63,439 nt of DNA, filler included, from Globobulimina sp. (GCA_003354225.1; 56 parts of 56 records of this genome joined end to end with filler, not necessarily neighbours in it); one strand, 5' to 3'; counted from the first letter of the whole stretch, positions 24,989-37,357 are shown. Numbers and translations: made by a program. The notes: generated by a model not told the origin, from the letters alone.

Positions 24989-25715
24989 TCAGCCTTTTTC
25001 GATCCATTCGTGTGCTAATATAGTAGGAGTATAATTATTATTGAATATAAATTCTTTCCATTCATCGTTGTCGAAATATGTATAACTGCCACAATCAATG
25101 TATCCAATATCTGCTTTCAAATTATGTTTGTTTTCAATATTATACGGTCTGCCAAAAACACAGCACGCATAGCCCCATTGTCGAATAGATAATGCGCTGT
25201 TTGATATATTTAAACAATTCTGGTAATTATCAAATGTTTCACAATAACATTGTGAAGTATTTCTAATATAAAAAATATTCCATATCTCGTCGATTTCAGT
25301 CAATTTTGTACATTCATCAACACATTTATTTTCTGATACAGAATTTTCCGTTTCTTCACCTTTAATTTTTGGTTTTTTTGTATTTGTTTTGCTTTTAAAT
25401 AAATAACATACCACAAACTTCATCCCATTCAAGATCAAAGGTCTCATTGTAAAGGCTGCAGCCACAATCGCCATATCCATAACTATGATGTGATTCTGAT
25501 TCATACTTTTTGAATTGAACAACGACTGCTATAATAATTACAAGTACAACAATTATGACGGCAATGCCCCCTATGATAGTCAATTTCTTTTTCCTTTGTG
25601 GGTCGAGGGAACCAGATGGAGTCATTGGTTGCGTTGCATTATTCGGAATTAATCCCTGTTGAGATTGACTAGAGACATGCGTGTGAGTTGCCATTATCTC
25701 TAGGTTTTTCTGCAA
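24989..25715 (-). CDS. Type II single-pass membrane protein with Cys-rich ectodomain, two exons
   Basis: RKKK plus TM; 52-nt GT-AG intron 25360-25411 joins the two overlapping ORFs in frame. Confidence 0.6.
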
Positions 25716-26109
25716 GTGAAATATGTCTAGTGGACGATTATAAATAAAGCCAGCCAGCGGATATAAAAGATAATAGGTTAACTTGCAACAATATTAAATC
25801 ATATTTAAATGAAAGACATCAATGAAACAATTAGTTTTAACTAAAACGAAATTGGCGAAAACAACAAAATTCAAAAAAGCAAACAACTTACGGTTCAACA
25901 TAAACAACAACTAATTTCTTTGCAATAATAGTAACTTCGCTCGTCGCAGACCATTCGAACACAGCCTCTTCCTTCTTAATCCCAATCAAACTGCCAATAT
26001 ATGCGCAAANNNNNNNNNNNNNNNNNNNNNNNNNNNNNNNNNNNNNNNNNNNNTTAATTAATTAANNNNNNNNNNNNNNNNNNNNNNNNNNNNNNNNNNN
26101 NNNNNNNNN

Positions 26110-26603
26110 TGCATGCGTTGAAGAAAGTAGGGAAAATTCGATCAGTTGGAGTCCGTAATTTTAATATCAAACATATTGATGCTTTGATTCAAAACCATTG
26201 GCCATTACCATCAGTCAATCAATTCGAAGTTCATTGTTTTTTGTTTGAGAAAGAGTTGATTGAATATTGTAGAAATAAAAGAATTCAAATCGAAGCATTT
26301 TGTCCACTCGCTCGAGCAAATGATACTGCTAAAAACAATGGATTGTTGAAGGATATTGCTAAAAAATATGGTGATGATAAAACATGGGCACATGTAATGA
26401 TTAGATGGTGTTTTCAAAATGGTTTTGTTGTTATTCCTAAATCCACCAAACAGCAACGTATAATTGCAAATGGCGATATTTTTGATTTTGAGATTGAGAA
26501 AGATGATATGAGCAAATTAAATGAATTACAGAAACATCATTTTAAAGCATCTTGGAATCCTTTGAATGTGGAGTGGGATGCGACCAATGTCACCAATCAA
26601 TGA
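26110..26603 (+). CDS. Aldo-keto reductase, C-terminal part
   Basis: GKIRSVGVRNF, PSVNQFEVH, EAFCPL, IRW...VIPKS...RI. Confidence 0.92.
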
Positions 26604-26714
26604 CTGCTGTACATATATTTTTCGTTTTCAGAGTAGATCAAATACAAAATCTAAAACTTACTTCAGTTCAAATCAGTTAATTCATCATTTTTATGGTTGG
26701 TCTTTGTGTTGTGA

Positions 26715-26981
26715 TTGGCATATTCAACATATTCAACAGCTTTGGCATATTCATACTCACTTGGATGTATTGGTTGGTTTGAACAATGTTGTGCGACACA
26801 TGATGGATGCTATGATATAGGGAGGAAATCAAAAGAACAATGTGATAACACATTTTGTGACTGTGTGAAAGCAAAAGCAGAACCATTGAATGATGATGAT
26901 TGTGTACAAGCTTCCTATGATTTTTGTTATGCTGTGACAACAAGGCATGCCCAATCCGCATGGGATGCGTGCAGAGCATAA
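26715..26981 (+). CDS. Secretory phospholipase A2-like domain, partial
   Basis: FEQCCATHDGCYD (CCxxHDxCY) and KEQCDNTFCDC motifs. Confidence 0.75.
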   Translation: MAYSTYSTALAYSYSLGCIGWFEQCCATHDGCYDIGRKSKEQCDNTFCDCVKAKAEPLNDDDCVQASYDFCYAVTTRHAQSAWDACRA

Positions 26982-27244
26982 TGATGTTAATTCATATTAA
27001 ATGATTTAAATACAATAAAATGGGCATTTTCTTTCTTTTATTTTGAAAATTTAAATACAATCAGAGCGTATCTAGAGCGTATCTGTTCATATTGGGTCGG
27101 CACATAACACTCTGTCTTTTGCACCCTTTATGTGTTGATGTTTANNNNNNNNNNNNNNNNNNNNNNNNNNNNNNNNNNNNNNNNNNNNTTAATTAATTAA
27201 NNNNNNNNNNNNNNNNNNNNNNNNNNNNNNNNNNNNNNNNNNNN

Positions 27245-27621
27245 GTTTTGTCGATGCAAATATCTCTGTGTATAATAATATTATTCAATATTTATGGAAT
27301 GAAAATATGTTAAAAAGTTTTGAAATTGTTGAATTATTGTACAGTACGATTATGACAATGCATTTTGTTGAACCAAACCCTGAAACATATTTATTAATGA
27401 TGGAAATGTATGTTTTCTTAAAAAAACCAATGAAAGCGGAGAAATTGTGGACGAGATATGAAAAAAATGGGTTCGTTCAAGGATATCCTAGTGACACTAA
27501 AGCACTATTATTGAAATATATAACCTTATGTTGTCAAAAAAAAGATGATGGTAGAAAAGCCAAAGCGATGAGTGAATTGTATAACAAACTTTTTGATGAT
27601 AAAAATGCTTTTTTGTGCTAA
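27245..27621 (+). CDS. Pentatricopeptide-repeat-like protein fragment
   Basis: YNNII..., VEPNPETYLLMM...AEKLW pattern. Confidence 0.55.
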
Positions 27622-27848
27622 CTGACACAACTTTTAATACTACACAACCATGGATCTGTTCCATACATAAAAAACAACCGCACCCTTCATTCCAATACCA
27701 TCATGACGTCTCATTTAAATCCAATCAAACACCATCTCCACAGTTACTTTACTTTACACAAAATGTAATATTTCCAGAAATTTCTCATGCACCAAACGCT
27801 CACAAAAAAGGAGAATGTAAACGGATGTTCTCGGCAAACACCCAAGCT

Positions 27849-28279
27849 CTGAACAACTGGAACCCTGCAAAAGGAAAGCTGTGGGTACACATTGATTATA
27901 GTCAAATCGAAGCTATTGACTGGCTTAAACAGTGTGAATTTTTAACCGATTACGAACTTGAATCTTTAACCGCTCATGAGACACGCCCAAGGCTTACCAA
28001 AGCGACAAACGGCTGTATGCTGTTTTTACGTGGTGTTAATTTAAACCCTGCGCAAAGCCCAGAAGATATGGTGTCATTGCGTCTTTTTATTAATGAAAAT
28101 GTACTTATTACCTGTCGTAAACGTCGCCTGCTATCAGTGCAAGATATTTTAGCTACGCTTGAAGATGGTACTGGCTCAACAAATATATCCGAGCTAGTGA
28201 CACAGTTAGCCCAAAACCTTACATCACGTATGCAAGGAGTAATCGACGAACTTGATGATAGTTTAGATGACTTTGAAGA
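27849..28279 (+). CDS. zntB: Bacterial ZntB/CorA-family zinc transporter, internal fragment
   Basis: LWVHIDY, ETRPR, LRGVNLNP...PEDMVSLRL, RKRRLLSV; start lost at a junction with eukaryotic DNA (boundary approximate). Confidence 0.88.
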
Positions 28280-28552
28280 NNNNNNNNNNNNNNNNNNNNN
28301 NNNNNNNNNNNNNNNNNNNNNNNTTAATTAATTAANNNNNNNNNNNNNNNNNNNNNNNNNNNNNNNNNNNNNNNNNNNNGAAGGAAAGTAGAAATTCTGT
28401 TTTTTGTGTGCAAGGACATAAGATTATAAATTAATGTAAGTATATTTTTTTTTTACACTTCAATTCGAGCATCCTTTCGTTATTCGATATCAATGCAAAA
28501 AAAAGAAACCAAATTAAAAACAATACGTACAGTAATTATGAAACAAATGGGT

Positions 28553-29318
28553 TTACATAGTACCAAAAGCCACATCCCAGATTTGTGAGGTAACACCGTA
28601 TATTTTATCTAGTTTCCGTGGATTGAAATGATGCGCAGAATGCTGTTTAAATCTTTCTTGTAAAAATGCTCCGACCGGGTTGATATGACACAAATAATGC
28701 ACAGATTCATAGCAAGCATATCCAAATATAAATCCACCAAACATTGCGGATCGAATACCAAATGGGAATATGCTAAAAAATAATACTCTCAGAATGAGCA
28801 CTATTAGGAAGGACACAGCGGGCGGTAATACCAAACGATTTTTATCCATCGGGGTTAAGTGATGCATGCCGTGGCAGAAAAAATGTATTACATTCCATGA
28901 AAAAGTTGGCGGCTCCCAATGAAAAGCATGTTTATGCAGAAAATATTCAAATAACGTCCATAATAAGACACCGTTGAAAAATAATAAAATGGAAAATAAG
29001 AATAACGGACAATGACAGGATGTGTGTATAAATTGCGTGATTGCGGATTGATGGATATGGAGTGAATTGTTTTGGAAGTCTTGATGTGACAAATCAACCT
29101 ACAATAAAGCCCATGGTACATACAATGCGGGCACTAACCACCATGGAGTAAAGGAAGCTGCTTCGATGTAATCTGAATCAAACATGCGTACACGGCGTAA
29201 TTTGGGATGGTCGAGCCAGTCAAGATAATATTGGCCGACATGGCGGCATTGTTTTAACATTCCTTCATCCCATTGCATGACATATTTATTTGGTGTTACT
29301 TGCTTGTAAGGAACTGAC
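28553..29318 (-). CDS. FA2H: Sphingolipid fatty acid 2-hydroxylase (FA2H/Scs7) with one in-frame TAG
   Basis: RMFDSDYIE, TPWWLVP, WTLFEYFLHKHAFH, HGMHHLTPMDKNRLVLPP, HYLCH, HSAHHF; TAG at 29099-29101. Confidence 0.9.
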
Positions 29319-30708
29319 CTTTTATCCTAAATCCTCTTGATTTATTGTATCTAACTTATTAGGTACTCCTTACTTTAAAACTTTACTAAAAAACCCTTAG
29401 TTCAACCCTAGAACNNNNNNNNNNNNNNNNNNNNNNNNNNNNNNNNNNNNNNNNNNNNTTAATTAATTAANNNNNNNNNNNNNNNNNNNNNNNNNNNNNN
29501 NNNNNNNNNNNNNNATACAATACGATCTTTGTTTACAGTTTCTAATCGAGAAGAGAAGATGAGACGAACATTTACTTAAGCTTTTTCTCTAACAATTCAC
29601 AAATGATTAAAAAAAGTTGATCATGAGCAAAATCAAGGTCAAATAGGAAAACTCTATTTGGATGATGTTGTATTTGATCATTTAACGTTTTTCAGAAAAT
29701 TACCAGCTCGCCCGTTAGAAACAGTTACTGCTAAAACTGCGAAAAAGAAGAAATGACAATAATAGTTTTGTAATGTTTGTCATTGTCTTTTGTAATCATC
29801 GTTTGATAACATAGTCGGAGAGACGCAGTTTCTGACGCTCGTTCTTCAGATTTCAATTCGGAGAACAAAAGTTGAATGAAAGAGTCACGACTCACGACAT
29901 ATTCTGTGGAACGTGTGGTTGTTATCAATTAAAATTAAAATTAAATACGCGTAACATAATACAAGCAAATACAGACAAAATTATAATGTAACATATGATT
30001 CTGGCAGCGAGTTTTGAATGTTTCTTTATGATCACAGAAACAGTGTTATCTGTATAATTTCGATTATCGTCAGTGTTGTGTGTTTCTGCCAATTCTATCT
30101 CGTGTAAAACTAACTCCGTTGGTTCCTTGTTTTCTTCGGTCATAGTTTCTTTAAAGTATACATCCAAAGCTTTGTTATTTAGATAATTAATTGGCGGAGA
30201 TTTGAAATTATGCTATTAATAAAGGATTATGATGAAAAATGGTTAATAATCCAATGGAAATAAATAAGCTGTAATTTGACTATAATTTTGCAACTAAACA
30301 ATATGGATCGAAAACACCAAGCATTAGAAATTCATGATCACCATAAAATATGTGCACTGATTTTGGTTGGTTGATTGAATTGACTGGGGTCAACTAAGTT
30401 CGGAGGTTAAACATTAGACCATTGTCAACTAACTTTTTCTTAACTCGAGTACTTTCAAAGTTAAGGGCGACTACAGGAGAGTGATTTGCCCAGAACTGGC
30501 TGCAAGTCGTCAAATTATTTAGGTTCAATTCCTTGTTTTTGGTTATTTTNNNNNNNNNNNNNNNNNNNNNNNNNNNNNNNNNNNNNNNNNNNNTTAATTA
30601 ATTAANNNNNNNNNNNNNNNNNNNNNNNNNNNNNNNNNNNNNNNNNNNNAGTCAGAAATAACTGTTTTTGTATTTACACACTTTTTCTACCAAACGAACT
30701 TGTATTAA

Positions 30709-31684
30709 ATGTCTGAAGAAGAAAAAGGCTTTCGATTGCTTAGTAAACACGGTTATAGTTCGAATGGTAATGCAAATGATCCAAAGTGGGAATCATTGCA
30801 TTTACTGGCTACTGCAGATGGTGATGACCGATTAACAGATCATGAAAAACAACAATTAACTGCACTTTTGAGATTTTATTCGGATCGATATGTAACGCTC
30901 GATCCTGCTGCGAAAAGCGTGGCTGCTTCTGAATGGAATGAAAATCAACTCCACGATGAAAAGGTTAAATGGTGTCCTTTATTATGGATTGTGTTATTAA
31001 TATGTCTGTCATCATTTACTTTTGGATACACCACAATTCAAACCACTTTAGTTTTGAACAAAGGCCATAATTATCGCTACTCATTGAACAATACAATCAA
31101 AACAATTGATTCAAGAAAGTTTGAGCAATCATTGATTTCCTCCGCCACATTGATTGGTGCGTCGATTGGAGCATTGCTTATTTTTATTTATTCCGCATGT
31201 TTCAGCATCACATATACATTCAGCAGGAAACGGATATTAATTTTATCCAACATTCCTATTTTTTTTGGTGGAATTATTGCGTTGTTGGCGATCATATTCC
31301 ATTATGGTTGGATTGTGATCACTGGATTCATTTTGCAAGGAATCGGTGTTGGTATCTCATCAATAATTGCTCCCATACTAATTGCAGAAATATCTCCAGT
31401 CTCTGTTCGAGCATTTCTCACTTGGTTTTCTCAGTTATTTATCACATTCGGTATGCTCGTCTCTGCGCTGGTTTGTTGGCTGTTGCTTGACATAAAACAT
31501 GGTTGGATGTATATTGTGGTTATTGGTATCATTGCACCTGTTTTACAATTGTTTTTACAGAAATATATTACGCAAAGCCCAAGATTATTAATTGCTGATT
31601 TCTATAAAGATAAAACAGCGCATTATGTGCGAGATAAGAAAGGATTTTATCCGTTGGCTCTCAATATAATTGCACAGTTTTATG
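30709..31684 (+). CDS. Sugar porter family MFS transporter, partial
   Basis: SSFTFGY, IGASIGAL, SRKR, GIGVGISS, PILIAEISPVSVRA, QLFITFG, SPRLL. Confidence 0.9.
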
Positions 31685-31784
31685 NNNNNNNNNNNNNNNN
31701 NNNNNNNNNNNNNNNNNNNNNNNNNNNNTTAATTAATTAANNNNNNNNNNNNNNNNNNNNNNNNNNNNNNNNNNNNNNNNNNNN

Positions 31785-32743
31785 ATTTTTAACCCCCATT
31801 GAATATCCGTGGTCGACAGTAAATAAATTAATTAATCTCCGCAATATATCAATTTGTAAAAAACTATTCGCAAAATAACAATTAAAATATTTAAATATAA
31901 TCCATGCAATATCATGAGGAACTGGCTGTGTCTCGATCTGCATATTGATATATCCAGTAAATACTACTCGATCTCTGCGCGTTTTATCGAGATAGAGTGT
32001 TTTTATCTGAGTTGAATATAAATGATCATGAGATGCACGGATAATATTATCGAGCACACTGCGACTCCCTTGCGATATGTTAATCAGTGTACTGCACGCA
32101 TTCAAACTATTTTGCATTACGGTCTGGTTGTCTTCAAAATACATCAATATGTATAATAATTCAAGTATTTGCAAATAATGCTGCGTCGCTGTACCTGTCT
32201 CAATAATCTGAGTGCAATTGCATAAGTAATAAATAATCTCACTCAATAACACCAATAATCCTTCATTCCCAGTGGGTTTCGCAAATTTTCTTATTTTAAA
32301 AATATATTTTATTTTTATAACACAACCAGTTTATTAATATATTAATATAATAAGACAGAGACAGACCTTAATATAATTAAAATGTCATTATTTAAACAGA
32401 ATTCTCTGTGTTCGTAAATCCAGAACCGATCAGAATGGGATATCACATTTATTATACATTCAAGAAGAACACATTTTGTATCATCGTCACATTCATTTTT
32501 TATTAATATTTGTAAAATGGATGGTAATATAAATTTATTTATGCACTCAGCTTCGGCGCTAAAATGGCAGATTCTAAATTGAGTAAAATGAAATATACAC
32601 ATTGCTGATTCATAAAGTACTCTCAAATTGTCTTGTTGACAACTATCCTGAACTTTTATACCCTCTAAATTGTAAAGGTTGCTTACTTTAGGCAGCGTGT
32701 TTCTAATAACGCCCCATACAGAATTTGACCGGAGGTCGTGCAT
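31785..32743 (-). CDS. Helical-repeat (ARM-like) protein fragment
   Basis: Two co-oriented ORF segments rich in amphipathic helices (NACSTLINIS); family uncertain. Confidence 0.35.
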
Positions 32744-32920
32744 GAAAGTCTTTAATAAAATTGGGTTTCATACCGCCAGTGGTGGTAATCCATCTGGTAT
32801 TGGTGAGTACTTAAAAAAANNNNNNNNNNNNNNNNNNNNNNNNNNNNNNNNNNNNNNNNNNNNTTAATTAATTAANNNNNNNNNNNNNNNNNNNNNNNNN
32901 NNNNNNNNNNNNNNNNNNNA

Positions 32921-33140
32921 CGAATATTATGCTAGCAAAATAAAAATTTAAAAGTTCATAAGTAATGCTAATTATGCTAATTAAATATGCAAATATAGAT
33001 TTTTCGAATTCTTTATACAATGTATCATATAGCGGTATATACATAAAATGAAAGGTAACAATGTCGCGAATATTATGCGAGCAAAATAAAAATTTATAAG
33101 TTCATAATTAATGCTAATTATGCTAATTAAATATGCAAAT
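32921..33140. repeat. Direct repeat of about 75 nt, two copies about 147 nt apart
   Basis: CGAATATTATGC(T/G)AGCAAAATAAAAATTT...ATGCTAATTAAATATGCAAAT twice. Confidence 0.8.
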
Positions 33141-33640
33141 TTCGATTCGTAATAATATATAATGGTATATAAACAAAAAACAAACAAAACATTTCATTCA
33201 GCTAACTAGGGGCACCTAGCGCCTAGGAGAACGAAACTCCAATTAAGGAGGCTCTAGTCGTTGCTCCCTGTATTTCCCCACTTTTATGCAGGTACCCATT
33301 TACCTACTAAATTTCGGTGACCTGGGTTGGGTTTTGTGTCGCCTACTCCACACAGCTTCGAACCTAGGACACACCGCGCCCGGCATATCCTAACTTGCCA
33401 GATCGTCCAGCAGATTGTAAATTAGCGCTGGCGAGGCTATTGACGCGACAAAAAACGAAATAATAACGAAACGTGGTAATTTAGTCGATCATTCTCGCAC
33501 TATCAACTATTACCTCATATTAGTCATTTTGTTAACCTTTTCGCCAAAGCCTGAGTCTCCTTCCATGTGGAAGTGCTAGCATATCTAATTTATTATTTAA
33601 TTACATAGACTGTTGTGCTCACTGTGTTTAATATACCTAG

Positions 33641-33886
33641 GTGAATAGATGTGAGAAATATGATTCATCATCTGATGTATGGTCAACAATGCAGCCAATG
33701 AACGTACAACGACGACTCTTCTCATTGGTCAATTTGAATGAAATACTTTTTGCTATCAATGGCATATCTACAAATAATGGTCTAGTGAATTCAGTGGAAT
33801 ATTATGATGGAAACAATTGGACTTTAACAAAAGAATACTTGCCCAAACCTAGATTTTCTGCTCTTATCATCAATGTACCTGCTTGA
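33641..33886 (+). CDS. Terminal exon of a Kelch-repeat protein
   Basis: CEKYD...WSTMQPM...R, LFAING, NSVEYYD...W...PR; preceded by acceptor TAG|G. Confidence 0.8.
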   Translation: MNRCEKYDSSSDVWSTMQPMNVQRRLFSLVNLNEILFAINGISTNNGLVNSVEYYDGNNWTLTKEYLPKPRFSALIINVPA

Positions 33887-34054
33887 TAATATTATGATTC
33901 CTCTCTATGTCTTTTGTATTCCATTTAGTTCATAAAATGTTATCTAAATTACTGNNNNNNNNNNNNNNNNNNNNNNNNNNNNNNNNNNNNNNNNNNNNTT
34001 AATTAATTAANNNNNNNNNNNNNNNNNNNNNNNNNNNNNNNNNNNNNNNNNNNN

Positions 34055-35089
34055 ACTTTTATTATGCAAAATATTTCCTGAAGGCAATGCTGGCATGGTC
34101 TTTGGTCTCTGTTTTTTTCATCTGACAATATATTGTATACATCAAGAGATCATTGTGAGTTGGGAATTAGTGAAGATGCGGAAGATGCGACATTGAAAGG
34201 TGTGGTGATATATTATCCAGAACAGCTATGCACAAATACCATACCTACAGCGTATCCACCATCCATTCATATGAATGCACAAACAGTGCCGTTCAAGATG
34301 TTGAATTATTAAACAGTTAAATATATTGGAATATGGGCTGTTAATGCTCATCGACATTATTATATTGGAATATATGTGGATGAAACTTATGATATTGGCA
34401 GAATGGAAGATATTAATTTTAATCCATGGTTTTGTACGCAAATAAATTATATGTATACGCAGACGCAATTTGGTCGCTCCTTTGTTCTGGGTCGCAGTGA
34501 CTGGGAATATGCCGTCGCTTACCATTTTATAGAGACCAGCACCGGATCAATGAATGGGAATTTCTTAGGGATTGGCGCCGATTACGCCTGCAATTGTTCA
34601 ATACAAGTGGATCAATCTCAGGCTCCTGGCTCATTGATAACAAATGGTGAGTTTACAAACTTTCATAACTCGGCTTTTGCACCAAATAATACCTTCAATT
34701 CTGCTCAGATCATTGTCAATAAAAATAACAAAGGACCAGTTGTCATTTCTTCCTCATCCTTTTGGGGTATGTTTTGTTGTATGATTATGTTTGAAATATT
34801 AATTCCATTACGTTTTTGGTGTCAGGTCCCAGTCAAAACATTGCTCGCTTATGGTGACAGTACCACAACTTTCCAATCCTCACAATTTGTTCAAATAATG
34901 GAAATCTTATTGTTGATGCATGCAAATTTCAGCAGAATGGAATACAAATACAATATTGAGTCTGGAGCAATCACTAATTCCCAACTCACAATGATCTCTT
35001 GATGTATACAATATATTGTCAGATGAAAAAAACAGAGACCAAAGACCATGCCAGCATTGCCTTCAGGAAATATTTTGCATAATAAAAGT
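34055..35089. repeat. Perfect 119-nt inverted repeats at both contig ends (34055-34173 and 34971-35089)
   Basis: The two ends are exact reverse complements. Confidence 0.95.
34174..34970 (+). pseudogene. Degraded beta-helix (pectate lyase superfamily-like) protein gene
   Basis: GVVIYYPEQ, GIYVDETYDIGRMEDINFNPWF, FVLGRSDWEY, FLGIGAD, LITNGEF; several frame breaks. Confidence 0.55.
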
Positions 35090-35248
35090 NNNNNNNNNNN
35101 NNNNNNNNNNNNNNNNNNNNNNNNNNNNNNNNNTTAATTAATTAANNNNNNNNNNNNNNNNNNNNNNNNNNNNNNNNNNNNNNNNNNNNCAAACAACGAT
35201 TTTAATCGATCTGTCATTTATTGTTGGTGTATTGCTGGTTTAATTTGT

Positions 35249-35417
35249 CACAGTGCAGATTAATATCAACGATGTTTCGTAATTTTTCAACAGATAATAC
35301 AACATGGGCATCGGCAGTATAATCCAGAATTTTGTCTAATTTGTCGAACTTTTCATGGATGTGGGATTTTAAATTGTCTGATGATTCTATGTTTTTGAAC
35401 ATTATCGAAATTTGCAT
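35249..35417 (-). CDS. hpf: Ribosome hibernation factor HPF/RaiA, N-terminal part (bacterial)
   Basis: MQISIMFKNIESSDNLKSHIHEKFDKLDK...AHVVLSVEKLR; GGAGG Shine-Dalgarno upstream; truncated by a duplicated segment. Confidence 0.88.
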
Positions 35418-35837
35418 GAAAACCTCCGGAAAAAGGTGAATTGCTGTATATCACAATATCATATATAAAAATCACTCACAATGACTCAAATAATTTCATA
35501 CAGGGTATTCAAAAACAATACCCCGGGTAAACGCATGTAACCCTGGTATGAATTTAATCTTTCTAATTTACAAACATATATGCAAAACAGGGGCAATGGT
35601 TGCGTTTACCTTGAGAATAGAAGTGCTTGGATTTATTAGATCTAAAAGTTACATGTGTTAGCCCTGTAATTTCATATGTTGGCGCATGATATTTTTTTAT
35701 AAAAAAAATATTCAAAGATATGAACGCCAAACAACGATTTTAATCGATCTGTCATTTATTGTTGGTGTATTGCTGGTTTAATTTGTTGTTTTATCAAAAA
35801 TGTTTCCTTATATTTAGTGACCACGGCACTATCCGAT

Positions 35838-36223
35838 TCAGCCTGATTTTAAAATATTGTTGATCGTGTTGATTAAGGTCTTCATGGGTACAGGCTTCTG
35901 GATTACTTCGATAATACCTATTGTTTTTGCATGTTCAACCAGTTCATCGCTTTTTGTTCCTGTGCACAAGAGAATGGGCAGATCTTTACGGATTGCAAGA
36001 ATTTTTTGTGCCAGCTCCATACCGTGAAGTTTTGGCATGATATGGTCTGTGATTACCAAATCAAATTTGTCCGATGATGTTTTGATAATATCAAGCGCTT
36101 CAAGGGGGCTTGTATATCCCTGAACTAAATATCCTGCTTTTTTCAGAACAATAGTACCAAAGTCTACCAGGGATTCCTCATCATCAACAAAAAGTACAGT
36201 ACCGCTTCCCGTGGGAAGGGTAG
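35838..36223 (-). CDS. C-terminal receiver domain of a bacterial hybrid histidine kinase
   Basis: LPTGSGTVLFVDDE, FDLVITDHIMPKLHG, PILLCTG, KP. Confidence 0.88.
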
Positions 36224-36504
36224 NNNNNNNNNNNNNNNNNNNNNNNNNNNNNNNNNNNNNNNNNNNNTTAATTAATTAANNNNNNNNNNNNNNNNNNNNN
36301 NNNNNNNNNNNNNNNNNNNNNNNATGTATATCTTGATAGATGTTCCAAAGGGACAAGAATCACTTTTTGGAACGCTTGCAGCTAAAGCCCTTCGGTAGTA
36401 AACAAAGAGGGTTTTTCGAATGTTTAAACCTCCGAACTTAATTGGCAGTAGTCTAATGTTTTGCTTTTTTAAGTGAATCATACTGTTTTTTTAAGTCAAT
36501 ATAA

Positions 36505-37357
36505 ATGGCAGTCAGACGGGTAACACTTTTGTTTCAACAGCACATAATTCGCTCACACATTTGCTCATTCTCCAAACCATATCGATTCAAACTAAATCTC
36601 AACTTGTTACATTGTTCAAAATCGCATTTCTCTCAAACGCAACACGATGACTATGATGAGTATGATGAATACGACGAATCTGAGCAAGAGTCAGAATTGG
36701 AAAACGAAGTAGAAAATGAAAATGAAAGCGAACAAGAACTTGAATCGGAAGAAGAGCACCAAATAACGTATGGAATAGAGTCAGACGACGAATTTTCGGA
36801 AACTTTAGCATACGATGTCCGCGATGATCCGTGGTGGGACCAAATGTTACCAGCAACACAGCAGAAATTTCTGTTCATGCAAAGACACAAAAATCCGGAA
36901 GCATGGCCTGATGAAAAAATACCCCATGCTGCGAAAACAAGCAATTATGACTATGCCACCATCAGTTACACACTTTCCATTTATTGCAAAACCCACAAAA
37001 ACACGATACAACACAGAAGCATTGAAACGTTATCCAAATTTAGGGAAATACAGTCAGTGCTACACCGAACACGGAGATGGTCGCTGGAATTGGAACATTG
37101 ACAATGTTAAATTGAACACAGTGCGGCAGTTAGAGAGTGGCGTTGTTTACAATCAGCCGAAATATAAACAGATTATGCCAATGATACATAGAAAGGAGGT
37201 GGCAAAATGGAAAAAGGCGGAGATTGACTATCGATTTAAAGCCGGGGATATCATCGATATTGTAATGTATACTAATTTGCAGAAACAGAAAACGCAAAAA
37301 ATATCGGCGTTGTGCTTAATGGTGAAGAAGAAGTGGGAGATCGCGGGTTCTTTCATG
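36505..37357 (+). CDS. MRPL19: Mitochondrial ribosomal protein bL19m, 5' part (one frameshift near 36930-36960)
   Basis: Presequence-like N-terminus; FKAGDIIDIV...ISALCL...GSFM is the start of the L19 core. Confidence 0.7.

Noticed and set aside
24989-25030. Zincin HExxH motif (ILAHEW)
   Set aside because: The second His is absent (HEWIE) and the ORF ends
27615-28331. 238-aa ZntB with a novel N-terminal extension
   Set aside because: The N-terminal part is eukaryote-like sequence running in frame across a probable chimeric junction
32750-32773. In-frame TGA, or a 24-nt intron, upstream of the ARM-like ORF
   Set aside because: No recognisable homology to decide between intron, stop and non-coding sequence
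33240-33440. tRNA or SINE in a GC-richer patch
   Set aside because: A TTCGAACC B-box-like word is present, but I could not build a cloverleaf or find a second copy
36930-36960. Programmed frameshifts in bL19m, the APC transporter (about 49250) and the ART-like gene (about 39340)
   Set aside because: No shared slippery motif; indel errors in low-coverage contigs or pseudogenisation are simpler explanations
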